43,385 nt of DNA from Chiloscyllium plagiosum (lineage: Eukaryota): positions 10,125,163 to 10,168,547 of the forward strand of contig NC_057720.1 in assembly GCF_004010195.1 (NCBI RefSeq), written 5' to 3'. Position numbers and translations under genes: made by a program. Under the pieces are notes generated by a model that had not been told where the DNA came from, did no database searches, and worked only from the letters and a program-made list of their open reading frames with translations. Each line of letters starts with the position of its first letter. Positions within the stretch are counted from its first letter, which is position 1. Below, piece by piece: positions 11,895 to 22,154 of the stretch.

Positions 11895-14160
11895 AAGAAC
11901 AAAAAAGAAGAACAAAGAACAAAGGAAACTTACAGGCCCTTCGGCCGTCCAAGCCTGAGCTGATCCAAATGTACTGTCTAAACTTGTCGGTCATTTGTAT
12001 CCCTCTGCTCCCCACCTACTAATGCATCTGTGCAGACGCATCTTAAATGAATCTACCATGCCTGCCTCTACCACCTCTGTTGGCAATGCGTTCCAAACGC
12101 CCACCACCCTCTGTGTGAAGTACTTGCCATGTGTATTCCCCTTAAACTTTCCACCTCTTACCTTGAAAGCATGACCTCTCATTATTGAATCCTTCACCCT
12201 GGGAAAAAGCTTGTCTCTATCCACCCTGTCTATACCCTTCATGATTTTGTAAACCTCAATCAGGTCCCCCCTCAATCACTTTTTCTAATGAAAATAAACT
12301 GACCTACTCAACCTCTCTTCATAGCTAGCACCTTCCATTCCAGACAGCATCCACGTAAACCTTCTCTGCACCCTCTCCAAAGTATCCACATCCTTTTGGT
12401 AATGTGGTATCCAGAACCGTACACAGTATTCTAAATGCAGCCGAGCCAATGTCTTGTATATTGTTAACATGACTTGCCAGCTCTTATACTCAATACCCCG
12501 TCCAATGAAGGTAAGCATACGATATGCCTTCTTGACCACTCTATCCACCTGTGCAGCAACCTTCAGGGTACAATGGACCTGCACTCCCAGATCTCTCTGC
12601 CCATCAACTTTTCCCAAGGCTTTTCCATTCATTGTATAATTTGTTCTAGAATTAGACTTGCCTATATGCATCACCTCATATACTGACCCAATACTGACCC
12701 CTGTGGAACACCACTAGTCACCTTTCTCCATTTCGAGAAACTCCCTTCAACTACGATTCTGTCTTCTGTTTTTCAACCATTTCTTTATCCACCTAACTAG
12801 AACACTCTGCACACCATGTGACTTCACTTTCTCCATTAGTCTACAATGGGGAACCTTATCAAATGCCTTACTAAAGTCTATGTATATGACATCTACAGCC
12901 CTTTCTTCATCTAACAACTTGGTCACTTCCTAGAAGAACTCTATCAAGTTGGTATGGCACGATCTTCCCCGCACAAAACCATGTTGCCTATCACCGATAA
13001 GCTCATTCCTTTCCAAATATAAATAGATCGTATCTCTCAGTACCCTCTCCAGCAACTTTCCTACCACTGACGTCAGGCTCAATGGTCTGTAGTTACCCGG
13101 AATATCCCTACTACCCTTTTTGTATAGGGGGACAACATGAGCAACCTTCCAGTCCTCCGGCACCTTCACCTCTATTTAAGGATGCCACAAAGATATCTGT
13201 CAGGGCCCCAGCTATTTCCTCTCTTGCCTCCCTTAGCAACCTGGGATAGATCCCATCCGGTCATGGGGATTTGTCCACCTTAATAACCTCTAGCCTACCC
13301 AACACACCTTCCCTACTTATGCCAACGTGATCCAAACTAATCAAACTTCCAGCTCTAATCTCAAGATTCATAATGTTCCTCTCCTCAGTGAACACTGATG
13401 CAAAGTAATCATTCAGAATCTAACCCATTCTCTCAGGTTCAGTACACAGCCTTCCTTCATTATCTTTTAGTTGACCAATCCTTTCTCTATTTACCCACTT
13501 GCTTCTTATATAAGAATAAAATGCTTTGGAATTTTCCTTCATTCTGCTTGCTAAAGCTATTTCATGACCCCTTTTAGCCCACTTGATCCCTTGTTTAAGA
13601 CTTTTCCTACTCTTCCGATATTCCTCCAGGGCCCGTTCTGTTCTTATCTGCATGGACCTTATGTATGCTTCCCTTTTCCTCTTGGCTAGTCATACAATTT
13701 CTCCTGTCATCCACGGTTCACGAATCTTGCCCTTCCTTTCCTTTGCCTTCAACGGGACATGCCTATCCTGCACTGCCGTTAACCTATCTTTGAAAGCCTC
13801 CCACATCTCAAATGTGGACTTCCCTTCAAATAGCTGTGTCCAAACCACATTTCCCAGCTCCTGTCTAATTTTGATATAATTGGCCTTGGCACAGTTTAGC
13901 ACTCTTCCCTTAGGACCACTCTCTTCGTTATCTACGAGTATTATAAAACTTACAGAATTGTGGTCACTGTTCCCAAAGAAATCCCCCACCGCAACTTCTA
14001 ACACCTGGCCTGGCTCGTTCCCCAGTACCAGGTCCAATATGGCCCCTTCCCTCATCGGACTATTGACATACTGCTCTAGAAAACTCTGCTGGATGGTTCG
14101 TACATATTCTACTCCATCCAGACCTCTGACGCTAAGTGTATCCCAGTCAGTGTTGGGAAA
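11895..14160 (-). mobile_element. CR1 LINE, 5'-truncated, frameshifted, internal deletion at ~12680
   Basis: ORF2 pieces EGAILDLVLGNEPG, PGNYRPLSLTSVVGKLLE, QHGFVRGRSC, RGDLIEVYKIM; (aaagaac)n tail near 11900. Confidence 0.92.
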
Positions 14161-14361
14161 ACAACATCAAATGTACTGCAAAAACATTTAAATGTGCAAA
14201 AGTAAAGGAAAGATAGGTTAGATAAGAAAGAGGTGACTAAATCAGTAGATTTAGGATAGATATGCAAAAGAATAAGGATGGGCCCATGACTATAATTTCT
14301 TACCTTAAGGTAGAATAATTTCACTAACATTTGACTCCATTTAAGCTGACTGGGAGCAGTT

Positions 14362-14523
14362 ACTTGCAGATAAAACAGTGGCAGAGCAGGAGGAGGAATT
14401 CAAGGAGGAAATAGCAAGAGTAGAGGGCAGCTAGATCCCCACAAAACACAAAGGGTGGAGCCAGGCTGGAGAACCCTGATTGCTAAGGTGCATAAAGTTT
14501 AGGTTAAGGAAGAAAGTAGTGGC
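14362..14523 (+). repeat. Inner left arm remnant of the inverted duplication (old CR1-derived sequence)
   Basis: Reverse complement of 15206-15367, roughly 85-90% identical. Confidence 0.9.
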
Positions 14524-14854
14524 TTATCGTAGATACTAATGGGCAGTGTTCCTAAAACATTACAATAAGTGTGGATGGGAGAGGATTGGAAAGGAAAATA
14601 GAAAATGGTGCACAAGGACAGCGTAGGAAGCTAATGAGGTAATTTTGGGATGATAGCGAGACCAAGTATACTTGGTCTCGCAGACGTCTCGCAGAGAGAA
14701 ACCTTCCTCAGAACTCGTAAAAATTAGCAGAGTCAAAATCTTGTACAATTCAGCTCAAGGTGTTTAGAAATGACATTAGTAGAGAATTCTAAATGGGTCT
14801 TCACCATCTCGGGTGAGAAACAGCTTGAAGCAGAACTGCCCCAGTCACTAGTCA

Positions 14855-15100
14855 CAGAGTAAGAGTCAAAGAGTCATAGAGATGTACAGCATGGAAACAG
14901 ACCCTTCGGTCCAACTCATCCATGCTGACCAGATATCCCAAACCAATCCCGTCCCACCTGCCAGCAACTGGTCCATATCCCTCCAAATGTTTCCTATTCA
15001 TATACTCATCTAGATGGCTGTTAAATGTTGCAATTGTACCAGCCTTCACCACTTCCTCTGGCAGCTCATTCCATATACGTACTACCCTCTGAGTGAAAAT
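14855..15100 (-). mobile_element. HER1/CR1 3' end fragment in the palindrome spacer
   Basis: AGTIATF..HLD.YMNRK.LEGYG followed by a ctctatgactct tail. Confidence 0.88.
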
Positions 15101-15205
15101 TGTTGCACTTGATTTATTTACAATCCTTTCTCAACTCTGTGCAAAGACTCATTATCTTGCCATCAGCACTGGAAGAGCTGCCAATTCCCTCTTAAATCTG
15201 TCAAT

Positions 15206-15367
15206 GCTTCTATTTTCTTCCTTAATCTAAACTTTATGTCCCTCGGAAATCAGGGTTCTCCATCCTGGCTCCAACCTTTGGGTTTTATGGGGACCTAGCT
15301 GCTCTCTACTCGTGCTATTTCCTCCTTGAATTCCTCTTACTGCTCTGACACTGTTTTATCTGCAAGT
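15206..15367 (-). repeat. Inner right arm remnant of the inverted duplication
   Basis: Reverse complement of 14362-14523. Confidence 0.9.
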
Positions 15368-16155
15368 CATGATTTGGAGATGCCGGTGTTGGACTGGGGT
15401 GTACAAAGTTAAACGTCACACAACACCAGGTTATAGTTCAACAGTTATAATTGGAAGCACACTATCTTTCGGAGCGTCGCTCCTTCATCAGGTGTTAGTG
15501 GAGGGCTCAATCCTAACACACAGTATTTATAGCAAAGATTTACAGTGTGATGTAACTGAAATTATACATTGAAAAATTGATTGTCCGTTGAGTCTTTCAT
15601 CTGTTTGAATACCATGATAGTTTCACTTCTTTCATGTGTAAATCACAAAACCTTTTTTTAAAAGTTGCATTCTCAGCTTAGCTGTAACAATGGGTCATAG
15701 CTAGACAATATGTTGAAAGTGTTAGCCCCATGTGTTCTCTTCTATGCCTTGATGTTTAGATTGATTCTAATCTAAAAAGTGAGATAACGGAGTTTTACAT
15801 GAATTCATGCAGTTTTTGAGCAAAGTCCAATGTAATCCTGCAAGTACAAATTCACCCCACAAAGTATATGTGCGCATAATGGTCTTTGTCTGTGCGTGTG
15901 TGTGTGTCTGTCTGGGTTGGGGGTCATGAGTGTGAGAAAGTGTATGTGTGTGTGTAGTGAGTGTAGAGTGTCTTAAGTCTGTGAGGGGGTGCATGTGTAA
16001 GTGTGGGAGTGTATGTGTCTATAAGGATGTGTGTGTTTGTCTGTGTGCGCGTCTGTGTATATGTGTGTCCGTGTATATGTGTGTATAGGAGTGTATGTGT
16101 GTGCGTGTGTTCGAGAGTATGTCTGTGTGTGTGCAGGAGTTTCTGTGTGTCTGTG
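15368..16155 (-). mobile_element. Penelope-like element 3' portion with a degenerate (CA)n-rich tract and a hammerhead-bearing terminus
   Basis: Same terminal sequence as 9300-9400, 10420-10485 and 17264-17320; TG-rich low-complexity tract 15865-16155; no coding domain visible. Confidence 0.7.
15458..15495 (-). ncRNA. Minimal type I hammerhead ribozyme motif (Penelope-type)
   Basis: ACAC-CUGAUGA-A-GGAGC gac GCUCC-GAAA-GA-UA-GUGU: core and helices I and II intact; helix III reads AGAU instead of palindromic AGCU. Confidence 0.7.
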
Positions 16156-16230
16156 GATTTCAGTGGATAACACATTCCATGGGTCACTGCAGGAAAGCCT
16201 TAATTTACATGTTATGACATCAGAAACTGT

Positions 16231-16238
16231 TATATGAA
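16231..16238 (+). promoter_or_regulatory. Putative TATA-like box of CLCA copy B
   Basis: TATATGAA 50 nt upstream of ATG 16281. Confidence 0.35.
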
Positions 16239-16280
16239 CTTGACAAGCTACAGTCTGGAAACAATCTCAACAAAGCAGTA

Positions 16281-16443
16281 ATGAGGTTCCAAAAAACCCT
16301 TTGTCTTGGTGCTCAGCTATCTTCTGTGTGGTTCTATTCTAAAGTGTACCGGAATAAAGCTGGAGAATAATGGACATCGAGACATCGTTATTGCCACTGA
16401 CCCAAAAATCCAACAGAATGAACAGCGTATTCCAAATATTCAG
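16281..16443 (+). pseudogene. CLCA: CLCA exon 1, copy B, +1 frameshift
   Basis: 163 nt versus 162 in copy A; aaaaaacccttt versus aaaaagctttt; premature TAA at 16368-16370; GTGAG donor retained. Confidence 0.85.
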
Positions 16444-16863
16444 GTGAGATATTGACGTGCTTCCTGGTATGAATTAATTATTTTGTTTCATTGTATGTCC
16501 TTTAATGTCATATTTAATGTTACGAAATCAGGATTTTCTGGGAGGAGGGGGTGCTAAAGGAATATATTATATATCTTTTCTTTAGTCTTTAACTCACTGC
16601 CACATCTCTTCCATGTGTACCTACCTTGAAGAAGTTCAGCTCCTCAGTTGCAATGAAGGTTCACTGGAAACAAAATGTTATCTCTGCTTTCTTGCTACAA
16701 ATGCTGCCAGACCTGCAGAGTTTTTCCAGCAATTTCTTGTTTTGTTTCTGATTTTCAGCATCCATGGTTCTTTGTGTTTTTTTTAATTATATTTGTTTCC
16801 CTCTCACCATTTGATGAGTGAATGGAGCTGTTTTGATATTAAAACTGGTTGTGTGTTTTACAG

Positions 16864-17007
16864 GAAATAGTGACTGCAGCCTCCTCCTACCTTCATCGAG
16901 CGACCAAACAGCGAGTTTATTTCGCGGATGTGAAAATCCTGCTGCCTGTAACATGGCCAGTTAGTTCCCATGTGATTCAGAGACTGACAACTGAGTCCTA
17001 TGAGAAG
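16864..17007 (+). pseudogene. CLCA: CLCA exon 2, copy B (exon open, but downstream of the frameshift)
   Basis: EIVTAASSYLHRATKQRVYFADVKILLPVTWPVSSHVIQRLTTESYEK; AG and GTAAG intact; 3 nt differences from copy A. Confidence 0.88.
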
Positions 17008-17556
17008 GTAAGGACAGAGGGTGAAGAGTAACAATTACCCGGAATCTCCTCCTGCTCAGTTGCTGAGGCCTCACAAAACCCACCTACAATGGAGTGGCTT
17101 TTATTTTGCCCTCTGATGTAGCAGCAGCAACTCTGAGGCAATTCTCACAGAATCTGAGATTTGAGAAATGTTTTCTTGAGCATGTACGTTAACCCCTAAA
17201 GATTGTCTATAGCTGAACAGCTCACAGGGAATACCATCTATATGGTGGCGTCAGTCATTGAATATGATGTGCAGGTGCCGGTGTTGGACTGGGGTGGACA
17301 AAGTTAAAAATCACACAATACATGTTCAGAAAATGATAACTTTACCAGAGTGTTTTATGTAACGTAGTGGTCAGACTCATCTTGTACATTTCAAATGGAA
17401 GATTAACAGTATTACTGTTTTCTCTTTCATCCCTCGACAATTCTGTTGGGCCAATTTGAAAGCCTAAACCAGAGCGATTAGTGCAGGTGAAAGGGTTGTG
17501 TGATCTTGGAGCCCAGATGAGCCTGTTGAAATTTAGGAAGACTGCAAAGTCGTTCT

Positions 17557-17970
17557 GGGTGCCACGGTGGCTCAGTGGTTTGCACTACTGCCTCATAGCA
17601 CCAGGGTCCTGGGTTCGATTACCGCCTGTCTATGTGGAGTTTGCACATTCTCCCTATGTCTGCGTAGGTTTCCTCCATGTATTCCGGTTTCCTCCCACAA
17701 TCCAAAGGGGTGCAGGTCAGGTGAATTGGTCATGCTACATTGCCCACAGTATTAGGCGTGTTAGTCAGGAGTAAATATAGGGCAGGGGAATGGGTTTGGG
17801 TGAGTTTCTCTTCAGAGGGGCGGTGTGGACTTGTTGGGCCGAAGGGCCTGTTTCCACAGTGTAGAGAATCTAATTTTCCCTGTGTATGCATGGGATTCCT
17901 TCGGGTGCGCTGCTTTCCTCTCACAGTCTCGGAATGTGCAGTGAGGTGGACTAGCCGTGGTAAATTCAGG
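17557..17970 (+). mobile_element. Composite HE1-like SINE: complete SINE (to ~17873) followed by the 3' part of the older SINE shared with the left arm
   Basis: Tail gtagagaatctaat at 17861-17874, then SINE body resumes (ttccctgtgtatgcatggg) matching 9990-10080. Confidence 0.8.
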
Positions 17971-18324
17971 GGCTAAAGGATAGACTAGGGTGGTGAGGTT
18001 AACCTGGTCAGCTCAGGTTATATGCACAGACTGCATGTAGAAATCAACTCCATATGCAAAGCCAAGGAATATCGAGCCCATTCCAAAATAAAAAAATAGA
18101 AAAATAAATTCTGAAGCAATTATGAGGAGCAAATTATTGTGAATGCTGGAATCAGTACTGGAAACAAAAATTGCTGGAAATCACAATGGTAAACAAGCAG
18201 GAGGCTGGAAGATCAGAGCAAACCAGGCAGCATCAGGAAGTGCAGAAGGCAATGTTTCAAGTGTAACCCAATGGGTCAGGCAGCATCTGTGGCTCGAGAA
18301 CAAGCTAATATTTTGAGTCTAGAT

Positions 18325-20417
18325 AGTCATAGAGATGTACAGCATGTCCAACCCATCCATGCCAACCAGAAATCCCACCCCAATCTAGTCCCACTTGCCA
18401 GCACCTGGCCCATGTCCCTCCAAATTCTTCCTATTCAGCTACCCATCCAAATGCCTCTTAAACTTTGCAATTGTACCAGCTTCCACCACTTCCTCTGGCA
18501 GCTCATTCCATACACGTACCACCATCTGTGTGAAAAGGTTGCCCCTTATAGGTCTCTTTTATATCTTTCCCTTCGCACCCTAAACCTATGCCCTCTAGTT
18601 CTGGACTCCCCAACCCCATGGAAAAGACTTTGCCTATTTACCCTCTCTATGCCCTTCATAATTTTGTAAACCTCTATAAGTTCATCCCTCAGCCTCCGAC
18701 GCTCCAGGGAAAACAGTCCCAGCCTGTTCAGCCTCTCCCTGTCGCTCAAATCCTCCTAACCTGGCAACATCTTTGTAAATCTTTTCTGAGCCCTTTCAAT
18801 TTTCACAGCATCTTTCCGATTGGAAGGAGACCAGAATTGCATGTAATATTCCAACAATGGCCTAACCAATGACCTGTACAGCTGCAACATGACCCAACTC
18901 CTGTACTCAATACTCTGACCAATAAAGGAAAGCATACCAAATGCCTTCTTCACTATCCTATCTACCTTCGCCTGCATGTTCAAGGAGCTATGAACCTGCA
19001 CTCCAAAGTCTCTTTGTTCAGCAACACTCCCTAGGACCTTACCATTAACTCGCTACCACAGCCACATTAAGTGTATAAGTCCTGCTAAGATTTGCTTTCC
19101 CAAAATGCAGCACCTTGCATTTATCTGAATTAAACTCCATCTGCCACTTCTCAGCCCAATGGCCCATCTCGTCAAGATCCTGTTGTAATCTGAGGTAACC
19201 CTCTTCGCTGTCCACTACACCTCCAATTTTGGTGTCATCTGCAAACTTACTAACTCTACCTCTTATGCTCGCATCCAAATCATTTAAGTAAATTACAAAA
19301 CGTAGAGGACCCAGCACTGATCCTTGTGGCACTCCACTGGTCACAGTCTTCCAGTCTGAAAAACAATCCTCCACCAACACCCTCTGTCTTCTAACTTTGA
19401 GCCAGTTCTGTATCAAAATGGCTAGTTCACCCTGTATTCTGTGAGATCTAACCTTGCTAATCAGTATCCCATGGGGAACCTTGTCGAACGCCTTACTGAA
19501 TCACATCTACCAATCTGCCCTCATCAATCCTCTTTGCTACTTCCTCAAAAACTCAATCAAGTTTATGAGACATGATTTCCCATGCACAAAGCCAAGTTGA
19601 CTACCCCTAATTAGTCCTTGCCTTTCCAAATACATGTACGGCCTGTCCCTCAGGATTCCCTCCAACAACTTGCCCTCCACCGACGTCAGGCTCACTGGCC
19701 TATAGCTCCCTGGCATGACCTTCCCTTCTTAAATAGTGGCACCATGTTAGCCAACATCCAGTCTTCTGGCACCTCACCTGTGAGTATTGATGATACAAAT
19801 ATCTCAGCAAGAAGCCCAGCAATCACTTCTCTAGATTCCCACAGAGTTCTAGGGTACACCTGATCAGGTCCTGGGGATTTATACACCTTTACCCATTTCA
19901 ACACATCTCGCACTTCCTCCCCTGTAATATGGACATTTTGCAAGATGTCACCATCTTTTACCCAACAGTCTATATCTTCCATATCCTATTCCACAGTAAA
20001 TGCTGATGCAAAATACTCATTTCGTATCTCCCCCATTTTATGCGGCTCCACACAAAGGCCGCCTTGCTGATCTTTGAGGGGCCATTTCCTCTCCCTAGTT
20101 ACCCTTTTGTCCTTAATGTATTTGTAAAAACTCTTTGGATTCTCCTTAATTCTTTTTGCCAAAGCTATCTCATGTCCCCTTTTTGCCCTCCTGATTTCTC
20201 TCTTAAGTATACTCCTACTTTCTTTATACTCTTGTAAGGACTCACTTGATCTATCGTGTCTATACCTTACATATGCTTCCTTCTTTTTCTTAACCAAACT
20301 CTCAATTTCTTTAGTCATCCAGCATTCCCTATACCTACCAGCCTTTCCTTTCACCCTGACAGGAATGTACTTTCTCTGGATTCTTGTTACCTCATTTCTG
20401 TATGCTTCCCATTTTCT
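18325..20417 (-). mobile_element. HER1/CR1 LINE, 5'-truncated, right arm only
   Basis: ORF2 pieces KSPGPDQVYPR, SGVPQGSVLGP, FADDTKIGG. It splits tctagat|gaatc, which is uninterrupted at ~9620. Confidence 0.92.
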
Positions 20418-20559
20418 GATGAATCTTCATCTGAGCTGATGTGAAGTATGCAGTGGTGGGGGGTGGAGTGCTGCGGGAGAAAAGGTGCTGATAGTGCCAA
20501 GTGAGTGATCAGAATGTGAGTGTGGCAGGAAAATGGTGTGTCCAACTTATTCTAGTTAA

Positions 20560-20870
20560 AGATCACACGATACCAGGTTATAATCCAACAGATTTATTTG
20601 GAAGCACTAGCATTTGGAGTGCTGCTCCTTCATCAGGTGACCAGCTGACGAAGGAGCAGTGCTCCAAAAGCTAGCACTTCTAAATAAACCTGTTGGACAA
20701 TAACCTGGTGTTGAAAAATGTGTGGCTGGAAAAGCGAAGCAGGTCAGGCAGAATCCAAGGAGCAGGAGAATCGACATTTCGGGCATAAGTCCTTCTTCAG
20801 GAATCCTGGTGTTGTGTGATTTCTAAATTTGTCCACCCCAGTCCAACACTAGTTCCTCCACATCACAGCT
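20560..20870. mobile_element. Penelope-derived fold-back unit with two inverted hammerhead-like cores and a nested 91-bp insert
   Basis: Inverted arms around 20640; insert 20714-20804 flanked by a cctggtgttg direct repeat (20704-20713, 20805-20814). Confidence 0.75.
20769..20804 (-). ncRNA. Minimal hammerhead ribozyme motif of a second Penelope family
   Basis: UC-CUGAAGA-A-GGAC uuau GCCC-GAAA-UG-UC-GA: core intact, GUC triplet, one helix II mismatch. Confidence 0.6.
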
Positions 20871-21772
20871 TTCCTTGTTCCATTTTATGTCACCAAGTGC
20901 TCTCGCCTCTCACAACCACTACCACACCCCATTCTCCCCCCTCCAGTGGGACCCTTTGTTCTTCCCAGTTTGGCAGTTGGACACACCACTGTTCTGTCAT
21001 TCTCACATTCCAATCACTTAATATGCTCTATCAGCATCATTTCTTCCCCAGCGCTCCACACCTGACCAATGCATAAATGCTGCCAACTCTACTTCATGTC
21101 AGTTTTTTCTCCAGGGTTGTTGCCTGACCTGCTGTGATGACTAGCATTTTCTGATTTCACTCAAATAATTATTGTTATATTTTTATTGACACATGGGATG
21201 TGGGTTTTGCTGGCTGGCACAGCCTTTATTGCCAGTCCCTAGTTACCCGAGAGAAGGTGATAATGAGCTGCCTTCTTGAACTGCTGTAGTCTATGTCCTG
21301 CAGGTAGACACACAGTGCTCAGCAAAACCGACAACTCGGGGGAGACACAGGTTTGAACCAAGTACTGCAGAGAATAGACATTTGAAGGGAAGTTTTAAAA
21401 TCAAAACTATGCAAGATTAAGAATAGTGAAGAGGTGAATGATAATCAAAGTGTGACAGGAAGGGAGAGAAAAAATGCGTAGAAAAATGGATCTGAAAATG
21501 GAACCAAATAATTAATAATGATGAAAAGCTTATGGCTTTTTTATCTGAATGCATATAACATTTGTATCATGTAGATGATGGTTTGGTGATATTATTGCTC
21601 CAGTATTAACACGGAAATGCAATAATATTCTGGGACACGGATTCCAATCCCACCATGACAGATGTTGGAGTTTGAAATTAATTTCAAAAATCAGCAATTA
21701 AGAATCTAATAATGACATACACCCCATCTGGATCACCAATGTCCTTTAGACCATCAGATAATGGAGTGTAAT

Positions 21773-22154
21773 TCATAGAATCCCTACAGAATAGAATCCC
21801 TGCAGTTTGCAAACAGGCCATTTTGGCCCAACAAGTCCACACTGACCCTCCGAAGAGCAACCCAACCAGCCCCTCCACCCACCCCACATTCACTCCTAAC
21901 CAGTGCACCCAACCTACATATCCCTGAACACTGTGGGCAATATAGCATGATCAATTCACCTGCACAGATTTGTGATTGTGGGAGGAAACTGGAGCACCTG
22001 CAGGAGGAAATCCCGAGCAGACACAGGGAGAATGTGCAAACTCCACACAGACAGTCGCCCGAGGTGGGAATTAAACCAGCATCCCTGGCACTGAGGCAGC
22101 AGTGCTAACCACTGAGCCACCATGCCATCCCTAACTGAGCCACCGTGCCACCCC
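21773..22154 (-). mobile_element. HE1-like SINE (mirror of 8021-8394)
   Basis: Near-identical reverse complement. Confidence 0.88.

Noticed and set aside
15767..16237. His/Thr- and Val/Cys-rich ORFs
   Set aside because: Translations of a (CA/TG)n-rich low-complexity tract.
11304..17007. Copy B as a natural antisense regulator of copy A
   Set aside because: Divergent transcription yields same-sense RNAs; dsRNA would need read-through across the centre, for which there is no evidence here.
21304..21420. Possible exon after ctgcag in CLCA orientation (VDTQCSAK...)
   Set aside because: No CLCA similarity, begins in repeat-derived sequence and ends in a stop.
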